Counted from the first letter of the stretch, positions 9,457 through 17,372 are shown. The stretch is DNA of 32,000 nt from an uncultured Clostridia bacterium (GCA_944387565.1 CALXFJ010000001.1:1-32000); one strand, 5' to 3'. Notes: generated from the letters alone by a model not told the origin. A program made the numbers and translations.

Positions 9457-9565
9457 CTTCATGACAGATTCTTTCCATTTTAAGAGCTTTTTTTTAAATA
9501 ATCTATGTATTATTATCCCTCCATTTTTTGAATTTTATAATAAAGTTTTAAGAAAGTTAATAAAA

Positions 9566-9639
9566 GGTGCCACTTTTTACAGGTATAAAATTTGAAAAGT
9601 TGCCATTTTTTGCAGGTATTAAAAAAAATTGCCACTTTA
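9566..9639 (+). repeat. three ~20-nt GTTGCCACTTTTTGCAGGTA-like motifs at ~32-bp spacing
   Basis: Copies at 9566-9585 (GGTGCCACTTTTTACAGGTA), 9599-9618 (GTTGCCATTTTTTGCAGGTA) and 9629-9639 (TTGCCACTTTA). A fourth copy is at 13370-13389. The first 12 nt equal the sequence spanning the tRNA-Thr 5' end (9226-9237). Confidence 0.8.
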
Positions 9640-9895
9640 TTTAATAATTTATAAAAAAATAGAGAGTATATTTTTATAAACATAGTATTTTGAAATTTTT
9701 AATACTTTTTAAACAATATCTCTATAAATGATGTGTAGTTCATACTACCATTTTCTTTTTATTTAAAATTAATACATAATATTTTATTATTCCTTTTTAA
9801 TTCTATATTTATTTCTCTTAGTTTTCCTTGTAAATACATTTCCATATATTATGTTTTTTGTTTCATATTTCACAAATATTTTAATTTTTATAATC

Positions 9896-10010
9896 TAAAT
9901 AAAATTAAAAGAGATTTTGAAAGAAAAATTCCCACAAAATTCCCAAAACACAAACTGAAATGTTTTTAAATAAACCTAATTAAATTTCTTTAAACTATTT
10001 TAAAATTTTT
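9896..10010. repeat. repeat R3a (~115 bp), orphan copy of the upstream region of the minus-strand islet operon
   Basis: Highly similar to 12826-12943. On the minus strand it contains tandem GGGAATTTT-GT-GGGAATTTTT. Confidence 0.85.
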
Positions 10011-10058
10011 TTCATTACCTTGAGATTTTTATTATAATTATGGATTTTAAAATTGAAT

Positions 10059-10087
10059 TTGACAAATTTTAAATTATGTGTTATTAT
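10059..10087 (+). promoter_or_regulatory. near-consensus extended -10 promoter of a candidate sRNA
   Basis: TTGACA (10059-10064), 17-nt spacer, TGtTATTAT (10079-10087). Confidence 0.45.
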
Positions 10088-10094
10088 TTAAGTA

Positions 10095-10169
10095 CAAAAT
10101 AAATGTGTTTGAAAGTAGCTAAGATTCAAGCATAGTCGTATGTGTATCGCAACTGCACATACTTTTTTT
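10095..10169 (+). ncRNA. candidate ~75-nt sRNA (promoter-to-terminator unit with no ORF)
   Basis: Bounded by the promoter above and a strong intrinsic terminator: 9-bp stem GTATGTGTA/TGCACATAC at 10138-10162, then T7 at 10163-10169. The single-stranded part contains GCTAAGATTCAAG (10118-10130). Confidence 0.35.
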
Positions 10170-10174
10170 ATGCA

Positions 10175-10271
10175 AAAAAACAGAGCAGGCGCAACTCCTA
10201 CTCTGCCGACTATTATGTATTGCTTACATTAGTCTTTGTTTGTCTTTTCATCTTGCATTTGTTGAGGTTGT
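10175..10271. repeat. repeat R2b (functional copy: 3' end of small ORF plus minus-strand terminator)
   Basis: Terminator on the minus strand is CAGAGTAGG-AGTTGCG-CCTGCTCTG followed by T7 (+strand 10174-10205). Confidence 0.85.
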
Positions 10272-10357
10272 TTCTGATTTTGTAGTAACATAAAGTTTTT
10301 TTCTTTTTCAGCAATAACCATATCAACTAAATGAAGAATCACATCGCTAAGATTCAA
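10229..10357 (-). CDS. hypothetical 42-aa peptide (shorter version of the 73-aa track ORF)
   Basis: TTG start at 10357, 8 nt downstream of GAAAGGGGGG (10366-10375). Peptide is (M)NLSDVILHLVDMVIAEKEKNFMLLQNQKQPQQMQDEKTNKD. The longer 73-aa version has no RBS. Confidence 0.3.
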   Translation of the reverse strand: MNLSDVILHLVDMVIAEKEKNFMLLQNQKQPQQMQDEKTNKD

Positions 10358-10468
10358 GACACTAGCCCCCCTTTCCGCCTTTGAGAAAAAGACTGGCCTT
10401 TTCAAGCGAAAGGTTGCTATTATATTACAATAATTTACAGCAAAAAACAAGCGAACATAAAAGGAATT

Positions 10469-11266
10469 TTAAATTATTCTCATTAAATATCCATAAATAT
10501 ATTTTTTATCTTCTTTAATTTCAGTTACCTTTATCAACACTTTATCAGCAAAATGTGGAAAACTATTAAATCTTGCTGGAACTCTTGTTAGAACTGTTAC
10601 TTGTGTGTTATCTAATTGCACTATAATGCCAGAGTTATTTTTGGGAAATGCAATTACTGTACCTATATATTCACCATTTATAGTAATATATTTTCTAATA
10701 TTGACAAATGGGTTTTCTTCAAATTCTTTTGCTGATAATTCATATATATTATTTTTTAAATCTATTTTTTTGATTTTAACTTTTAAATATTCTCCAACTT
10801 TATATATGTCTTTACAATTAACAATATATGTGTGTTTTAATTCAGACGCTTTTATAATAACTTCTTTACCGTACATATCAACAATAATATGCTTAACACC
10901 AATTCCGACTATACGAACTCTTATTGTATCATTGAACTTTAAATTTGGTAATTCTATTTTTGAGCGTAGTTCCATTGCATCTTTTCTACTGCCTATTGCT
11001 ATATTTGCAACTTCATCATACTCTAATATTATAAAGTCAATTTCTGCTCCTATCATTCCACGAATTATAGATTTGTTCTGTTTATCTACTCTTAAATGTG
11101 TTATAGGAATTAAAACTTTTACATTTCCGTACCATAAAATAGCACATGGGATATATGTATTTTTTAGTTTGTAATATTCATCTTCTATTCCTGTGATTAT
11201 TCCAGTAAGGATTCTTTTTTCTTCTTTACTTCTTAAAATTTCTTTTATATATAGATTTTTCGCCAT
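10469..11266 (-). CDS. S1-like (OB-fold) RNA-binding repeat protein
   Basis: Probable start is MAKNLYIKE (ATG at 11266 after GGGTGGTGA). Has three S1-like units (ILTGIITGIEDEYY..., DTIRVRIVGIGVKHIIVDM..., EYIGTVIAFPKNNSGIIVQL...). Confidence 0.5.
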   Translation of the reverse strand: MAKNLYIKEILRSKEEKRILTGIITGIEDEYYKLKNTYIPCAILWYGNVKVLIPITHLRVDKQNKSIIRGMIGAEIDFIILEYDEVANIAIGSRKDAMELRSKIELPNLKFNDTIRVRIVGIGVKHIIVDMYGKEVIIKASELKHTYIVNCKDIYKVGEYLKVKIKKIDLKNNIYELSAKEFEENPFVNIRKYITINGEYIGTVIAFPKNNSGIIVQLDNTQVTVLTRVPARFNSFPHFADKVLIKVTEIKEDKKYIYGYLMRII

Positions 11267-11325
11267 TTCACCACCCAACTAAAAAAGCACCTACCATTTA
11301 AGGCAAATGCTTAAATATTTTAATT

Positions 11326-11859
11326 TTAATTCCAATTCATTCCGCCATCAGTTGTTTCATAATAATAAATAGTAGTTCCATCTCTACCTCTTTGTGCAAT
11401 AATTCCTTCATTTTTATTTCCAAAATGAATTTCTACTAATCCATCTGAATAAGGTCCTACACCTACGACTACATCATTCCATGTTTTTCCTTTATCATCA
11501 GAATATACTATATGAGTAGCATATTGTCCTTTTAAATCCATAATAAGTTCACTACTAAGTCCAAGTTCTTCATAATTTGTATTATTAGTATCAAATTCAT
11601 AATAAAAAACTATTTTTTTATTATCCATTTGGAATGTACCTTCTTTATATCTTCCATTATTTATTTCTTTTAGATGTTCTGCTGTATATGAAAAATCTCC
11701 AGGAACTTCAATCCAATCTTTTGCATTTAAAGTAATATATAACTTATCATCTTCAAATTTATAATCCATATTCTTTTCTTGATTATAATAATAAAATACT
11801 ATACCTATGACTATTAGTAAAATAATGATTATTAATAATAAAATAATTCTTTTTTTCAT
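11326..11859 (-). CDS. membrane-anchored protein with BNR/Asp-box motifs
   Basis: N-terminal TM (KKRIILLLIIIILLIVIGIVFYYY). Two Asp-boxes, SDDKGKTW and TTDGGMNW. Confidence 0.5.
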   Translation of the reverse strand: MKKRIILLLIIIILLIVIGIVFYYYNQEKNMDYKFEDDKLYITLNAKDWIEVPGDFSYTAEHLKEINNGRYKEGTFQMDNKKIVFYYEFDTNNTNYEELGLSSELIMDLKGQYATHIVYSDDKGKTWNDVVVGVGPYSDGLVEIHFGNKNEGIIAQRGRDGTTIYYYETTDGGMNWN

Positions 11860-11904
11860 AATATTTTTCTATCCTTTTTTGTGAATTTTATTCTATTTTG
11901 ATTA

Positions 11905-12687
11905 TTATTTTTCAATTATTTCTATTGACTCTAATTCTAGTTCACTTAATTGATTTTCTAAATTTTTGTACTGAACTTTTACAGTTTTTCCATTTTCTAA
12001 CTTTCCTATTACTTTTGTGTTCTCTGTAATATATGCTTTAATTGCAAATGGAAAATTATAACCTGTATCAGAGTGTGTATCATCTTCTAAACTATATTTT
12101 AGATATACATATCCCAACTCTGCATAACTTTCTCCGATTGTTACAGTAGATGGATATATACTGTTTCCTTTTAATACTTCTAATTTCATATTATTATAAT
12201 CATTTGATTTTAAAACAATAATTGCATTATCTTTTGTATCAAAATCATTCTCACCACTATATCCTTTTTTGTATAATGTACCTGAACAAATTAGTAAATC
12301 GCCTTCTTCTATATAATCAGTATCATATTCTTGTAATGTAAGATAATCTATACATTTTTGTTTTTTATCAGCAATGTTTGCTCTAGTATATTCATCCATC
12401 TCAAATTCAAATTCTCCAAAATGTTGTCCATTGAAAGTATAAATATACCCATTATGATGTAATTCTACTATTCCTTGAATAACTGTATTTTCAACAGTTT
12501 CTGTAATATCGTCTTTTTTAGACAAATCGCTTATTACATGTCCTTCCGAATCATAAATAACGGAAGAATTATTTGAATTTTCTTCTTTTACTTGTGGTCT
12601 TTTAATAAAAAATAGTATTCCTACTATTGCAACAAATATCAATAAAATACAAATTAAAATAATAAATAACATTTTTTTCTTGTTCAT
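11905..12687 (-). CDS. membrane-anchored hypothetical protein
   Basis: Probable start is MNKKKMLFII (ATG at 12687 after GGAGA). One N-terminal TM; the rest is soluble with no motif recognised. Confidence 0.5.
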   Translation of the reverse strand: MNKKKMLFIILICILLIFVAIVGILFFIKRPQVKEENSNNSSVIYDSEGHVISDLSKKDDITETVENTVIQGIVELHHNGYIYTFNGQHFGEFEFEMDEYTRANIADKKQKCIDYLTLQEYDTDYIEEGDLLICSGTLYKKGYSGENDFDTKDNAIIVLKSNDYNNMKLEVLKGNSIYPSTVTIGESYAELGYVYLKYSLEDDTHSDTGYNFPFAIKAYITENTKVIGKLENGKTVKVQYKNLENQLSELELESIEIIEK

Positions 12688-12825
12688 ATCATATCTCCAC
12701 AATTTTTTTTAATTATATCACACAATCAAAAATTATAAAATGTAATTTTTCAATTAATATATTATCAAACCCAAATTTATTCCAAAAATAAAAAAGAGAA
12801 TATTTAATAACATAAAATACACCTC

Positions 12826-12943
12826 CAAATATAAAAATTAAAAGAGATTTTGAAGGAAAAATTCCCACAAAATCCCCAAAACACAAACTGAAATGTTTTT
12901 AAATAAACCTAATTAAATTTTTTTAAACTATTTTAAATTTTTG
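12826..12943. repeat. repeat R3b, upstream/promoter region of the islet operon
   Basis: Copy of 9896-10010, lying 120-240 nt upstream of the 11905..12687 gene on the minus strand. Confidence 0.85.
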
Positions 12944-13023
12944 TTAAACACTTAAAATACAAGTGAAAATTTGCTATTATAGTTATATCAATTAATTGAG
13001 AAAAAGAGAGGCTTGTAAAAAAA

Positions 13024-13125
13024 CATCGCACTTGTAATGCGAGGGTCATCCGTTCGAATCGGATAAGTGGCTCCAATAAAAGGTCATTAGTTTTGAGATA
13101 GCTCTTAATTATTGACTTTTTTTAT
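13024..13125 (+). repeat. direct repeat R1b: displaced 3' 52 nt of tRNA-Thr (13024-13077) plus flank (attR-like pseudo-tRNA)
   Basis: CATCGCACTTGTAATGCGAGGGTCATCCGTTCGAATCGGATAAGTGGCTCCA is identical to 9254-9305. No 5' half precedes it. Confidence 0.9.
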
Positions 13126-13369
13126 GTTCAAAATATACATTTTATTATTTTATAAAAAAGCAGCATATAGAGAAATTGATTTTATATTATTCTCAAAGCC
13201 AAAGTTCCTAGTTGAAAACTTTTATATAATTCTAATTGTTCTATTATTTTTCCATCATCAATAGTTTTTTTAAAATATATTTTAATTCAGAATTTTTTTG
13301 TAGATTAAAATATAAACATTGTCAAAATTTTCTTATCTTTATAATAATGTTTTAAAAAAGTCAATAAAA

Positions 13370-13389
13370 GTTGCCACTTTTTGCGGGTA
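13370..13389 (+). repeat. fourth copy of the GTTGCCACTTTTTGC(A/G)GGTA motif
   Basis: GTTGCCACTTTTTGCGGGTA. About 40 bp including the flank (13358-13398) aligns with 9556-9596. Confidence 0.8.
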
Positions 13390-13563
13390 AAAATTATAAG
13401 ATTGCTAAACTTTAGAAAAATAGATGGATTTTTTATCTTTTATCAAGAGAAAGTAATTATAAAATTAAACTTTTATATTTTAAACATATACTTTTTAAGT
13501 AATTTGTTGTAATATATAATAAATAAATGTAAAATTTATAATAAAAAAATAAATGGGATAAAA

Positions 13564-14010
13564 ATGGGAATACTTTTTTATATAGGAATAGTAGCATTAC
13601 CATATATAATATGTGCAATAATGGTATTGATAATGAGTACAAAATTAATAAAAAGTAATTTTGTAAAGATTTTGCTAATTATAATTATTTTAATTTTAGG
13701 ATTTGTAATATTAATAAATGTTAAAGAAGAAAGACCAGATGATTTATGTCGAAAAATGGCTGAGATTAGTGATAATCAAACTCTTATAGGATTATCAAAA
13801 GAAGAAGCTCAAGAAAAATTAGGCAAACCAATGGAAGAATTTAATGATGCAGTTGGGAATATATATTCGTACTATGCTGGAAATATGGATAAGGGAGTAT
13901 TTTTAGGAAAAACAACTATTCTTTTTGACTATAAATATATGTGTGAATTACGAATATGTTTTGATGAAAATGATATAGTAAAGAGTACTTCAATAAAATT
14001 GATTCCTTAA
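13564..14010 (+). CDS. hypothetical membrane protein
   Basis: 148 aa with two N-terminal TM helices and a soluble C-terminal domain. No motif recognised. Confidence 0.5.
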   Translation: MGILFYIGIVALPYIICAIMVLIMSTKLIKSNFVKILLIIIILILGFVILINVKEERPDDLCRKMAEISDNQTLIGLSKEEAQEKLGKPMEEFNDAVGNIYSYYAGNMDKGVFLGKTTILFDYKYMCELRICFDENDIVKSTSIKLIP

Positions 14011-14047
14011 AAGTAATTATATAAAATGAAAGAAAGTGTGTAAAAAA

Positions 14048-14404
14048 TTGAAAAAAGAATATGTTTTTCTAATTATAAATTATGCAATATTTTTTGTATG
14101 TTGGGCTATATTTAAAAGTGGAATAGCATTATCAGATAATGAGGTATTGTTTATTATTTCTTTAATAAATTTATTGGTTCATGCATTACTTATACTTGGT
14201 GGATAAGAGTTAATTTACTGTATTTTTTCATCAAAAAATGAACCGCAATTAGTTTTTAAGGTTTTAGCAATTTCTATATTAATAAATGTTTATATAAGCA
14301 TCGTTATAGGTAGTATAAGTGATATTATTATATATTTGTCAATAAATCAAATAGTAGGGACTATAATTGGAAGAATATATCATAAAATAAAATATAAACA
14401 ATAA
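14048..14404 (+). pseudogene. small polytopic membrane protein interrupted by an in-frame TAA
   Basis: One frame reads (TTG)KKEYVFLIINYAIFFVCWAIF...LLILGG-TAA(14204-14206)-ELIYCIFSSKNEPQLVFKVLAISILINVYISIVIGS...YKQ*. Hydrophobic on both sides of the stop. Weak RBS. Confidence 0.35.
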
Positions 14405-14456
14405 ATAAAGTTATATATAGTTGCTTTAATACTAATAAAAAATAAGGAGAATATAA

Positions 14457-15351
14457 ATGAGTAAAAAAGAATATATATTTATGTAATAATTATAATAATT
14501 ATAATTTTATTATTAGTAGGTTATTTTATTTTAAAAAATAATAAAACTACTAAAGATGTTAATATAGAAACTACTAATTCAGAAAGTTTAGAGCAATTAA
14601 ATTATATATTTTTTAAAGATAGCATTCCATATAATGATATGACATATTTTAACAACATATATTATAAGCAAATAAATTCATTAGAAGAATACAATGAATT
14701 TAAAACTAAAGTATTTTCTTTACCTGAATGTGAAACAAATTTTAATGAAAATTTTATACTTGTAACGATGATGGAAAATGTTTCAACACAGTATTTAGTA
14801 CCATATAAAATTTATGATGAAAATGATACTTTATATGTAGGATTAATAAAAGATGCTAGCGCTAATCCTAATTCTAATGCTATAATTATAGAAATCCCTA
14901 AAAGTCTACAAAAAGTAAAATAGAACCGTATAAAGCAATAGAAGAAGAAGTTCCTAATGAAAATTATACACCAATAGAAGAACTACCAGAGAACTATACA
15001 GCAGAGGAAGCCGTAAAAGATAATTGCTATGTTGAAGATAGTATAAATCATTTGAATCAAGAATTAGCAGAAGAATTCCTTGATAATTATAATAATTCTA
15101 AGGATGCTTTTCTAAGAATAGTAAGAATTTCTGAAGATAAAGAAAGTATCATAGATGTGTATTATTCAGCAAATGAAAATAAATTTCTTGTTTGTTTAGA
15201 TAATAGTAGGGTATTTGAAAATACTACTTATAATTATTATAAATATTCTAATTTAGATAAAAAGACATTAGCAATTGGTAAAGATGGTTCATCTGATTAT
15301 TATTCACTAACAGACACTTTAGAAAATGATTTGTTTTTATTTTATATTTAA
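14457..15351 (+). pseudogene. secreted/membrane-anchored hypothetical protein broken by two -1 frameshifts
   Basis: ATG at 14457 after AAGGAGA gives MSKK. Adding one A to the A6 run (14463-14468) gives MSKKRIYIYVIIIIIIILLLVGYF..., which is continuous with ORF 14639..14923. Adding one A to the A4 run (14917-14920) joins ...KSLQKVK to IEPYKAIEEEVPNENYTP...HLNQELAEEF (ORF 15052..15351). Confidence 0.6.
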
Positions 15352-15471
15352 ATATTAAGTAAATGCCAATAATATAGAGATACTCTTAATTATTGGCATT
15401 TTATTTTGTTAAAATTCTGACTAAGTTTTGAATAATTACTATAAACAATAAGATAGATTTATTATCTATCT

Positions 15472-15711
15472 TTATTCATCTTTTATATCTAAAAATAATT
15501 TATCATCAAAAAATTCGGTTAAAGTTATGTTAAAAGCTTCACATATATGTAATAATGTAGAAATTCTAGGGTCATGAGCTTTATTATTCATAAAAGATAG
15601 TAAAGTTGTGTGAGGTAATCCTGCTAAAGTAGAAACTTTATTAATCGTTATATTATTTTTTTTAGCTAAATCTATAATTCTTTTTCTAATTGCTCCTTCT
15701 AAATTCATCAT
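15472..15711 (-). CDS. XRE/Cro-CI family helix-turn-helix regulator
   Basis: 79 aa. HTH ITINKVSTLAGLPHTTLLSFMNNK. Ends ...ITLTEFFDD, as typical for the family. Confidence 0.8.
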   Translation of the reverse strand: MMNLEGAIRKRIIDLAKKNNITINKVSTLAGLPHTTLLSFMNNKAHDPRISTLLHICEAFNITLTEFFDDKLFLDIKDE

Positions 15712-15733
15712 TTAAAATCCTTTCAAATATTGA

Positions 15734-15815
15734 AACGTCGATATTTTTACGTAAATATATTGACAATTTAAATTTTAGCATTATATAATATTAAATGTAG
15801 TCAATATATCGACGT
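15734..15815. promoter_or_regulatory. divergent control region: consensus promoter for the GLUG gene flanked by inverted repeats (putative XRE operator)
   Basis: TTGACA (15760-15765), ~17-nt spacer, TATAAT (15784-15789). AACGTCGATAT (15734-15744) is the inverse of ATATCGACGT (15806-15815). AATATATTGAC versus GTCAATATATC forms a second inverted pair. Confidence 0.55.
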
Positions 15816-15859
15816 AAATATTATGAAAAGACACAAAAGTTAAGAATGGAGGTATTAAA

Positions 15860-17372
15860 ATGTTTAGCCAAAAAAACAAAAGAAATAAAAGAAAAGAAAG
15901 ATATGAACTTGATTTTAAAGGTATTACATTAATTGCTTTAGTTATTACAATTGTAGTTTTGTTAATACTTGCGGGAGTATCAATTTCAATGTTAACAGGA
16001 AATAATGGAATACTAACACAAGCACAAAATGCAAAAGAAATGACAGAAAAAACTTCAGAAGAAGAAAAAGTACAACTAGCAGTAATAGGAACTGAAACCA
16101 AAGATAATGGACATTCAGATGTATTAGATGAAACAAATTTTAAAAGTGAATTAAAAAAACAATTTGAAAATCAGGAATTAGATGTAAAAACAAATGGTGA
16201 TGGAAGTTTTATAGTAACTGTAAAAGATAGTAAAAGAAAATATTATATTAATGATGACAAAACAGTAGTAAATAGTGATAACATAATAGAAATAGGAACA
16301 AAGAGTGAACTAGAAAATTTCAGAAATGATGTAAATAGTGGAAATAGTTATGAAGGAAAAGCAATATTGCTTACAAATAGTATAGATTTAGAAGGTGAAG
16401 ATTGGGAACCAATTGGTTCTTACCCAATGGAAAATTCTACTCCAGCAGACAAAACTAATGCACCATTTAAAGGTATTTTTGATGGTTGTGGATATGAAGT
16501 AAATAATTTTAATATTGATACTACAGATAAAGTACAAGGATTATTTGGATTAGTTGATAGTGCAAAAATTGCAAACTTAGGTGTAGGAGAAAATGTTGAA
16601 ATTAGTAATGTAGATGACGGAGCAGGAGGAGTAATTGGATATATTTATAATGGTACTAAAGTATATAATTGTTATAGCAAAGCAAGTGTAAAAGGAAATA
16701 AAAATGTTGGAGGAGTAGTTGGAATAAGTTTTGAAAATAACAAAGTTTTAAATTGTTATAATTTAGGCAAGGTTGAAGGAACGACAACTGTAGGAGGTGT
16801 TTTAGGTTACCTAAAGTCTTTATCAGAGATAAAAGATTGTTATAATGAAGGAAGTGTAACAGGAAGTGGAAACTGGGTAGGAGGAATAGTAGGACAAGCA
16901 GAAGATTCATCAACTGTAGAAACATCATATAATAAAGGTTCTATCTATGGAAAGGCTAACAATACTGGTGGAATAGCCGGAAAACTTTTTAATAATAGTA
17001 TAGTAGAAAGTTGTTATAATATTGGAAAAGTAACAGGAGATGGAGATTATATAGGAGGTATAGTAGGACATATTCAAGCAAGTAATGCTAGAAATTGTTA
17101 TAATACAGGAATAATTAAAGGTGATAATGCAACTGAAATAAATTCAGTTGTAGGAAGAATTAATACTTTAAATGACTCAATTGTAGATAATTGTTATACT
17201 CTTGAACGGAGAATATAGTAATACAATAGATATAAAAGGAATAAAAGTATTAACTAGTGAAGAATTAAAAAATGCAGATAGTTTATTAGGAAGTATGTTT
17301 GAAAAAGATAATGAAGGTATAAACAATAATTATCCAATTTTATATTGGCAAAATAAAAAAGCTCTAGATTAA
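15860..17372 (+). pseudogene. prepilin-like-leader, GLUG-motif repeat surface protein, frameshifted near the C-terminus
   Basis: N-terminus KGITLIALVITIVVLLILAGVSI is class-III-signal-like. There are 8 or more GLUG-type repeats (VGGVVG, VGGIVG, TGGIAG, IGGIVG, each followed by ..NCYN). The frame changes at ~17205 (cttgaaCggagaa). The downstream frame continues GEYSNTIDIKGIKVLTSEELKNADSLLGSMFEKDNEGINNNYPILYWQNKKALD* (stop 17370-17372). Confidence 0.7.

Larger units (their letters stand above)
9306..13023. mobile_element. integrase-less genomic islet at tRNA-Thr (bounded by R1a/R1b)
   Basis: Lies between an intact tRNA-Thr and a displaced copy of its 3' 52 nt. All four or five genes are on the minus strand and encode membrane-anchored or unknown proteins. 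No recombinase gene. Confidence 0.6.

Noticed and set aside
9566-9639. Possible mini-CRISPR array (regularly spaced ~20-nt repeats)
   Set aside because: There are only three imperfect copies. The gaps between copies are only about 10-13 nt of AT-rich sequence, the last copy is truncated, and no cas genes or leader are present. The motif also occurs singly at 13370.
10229-10450. The 73-aa version of the small ORF downstream of the S1 gene
   Set aside because: Its N-terminal 31 codons have no RBS and span what looks like untranslated leader. Only the 42-aa version starting at TTG 10357 follows a strong GAAAGGGGGG RBS, and even that is kept at low confidence.
10605-11174. 189-aa plus-strand ORF opposite the S1-repeat gene
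   Set aside because: It is an antisense shadow ORF with a hydrophobic low-complexity translation and no RBS. The minus-strand frame has recognisable S1-like repeats.
14204-14206. Programmed stop-codon read-through or recoding at the in-frame TAA
   Set aside because: There is no downstream structure or known recoding context. The neighbouring genes are also decayed, so a nonsense mutation is the parsimonious reading.
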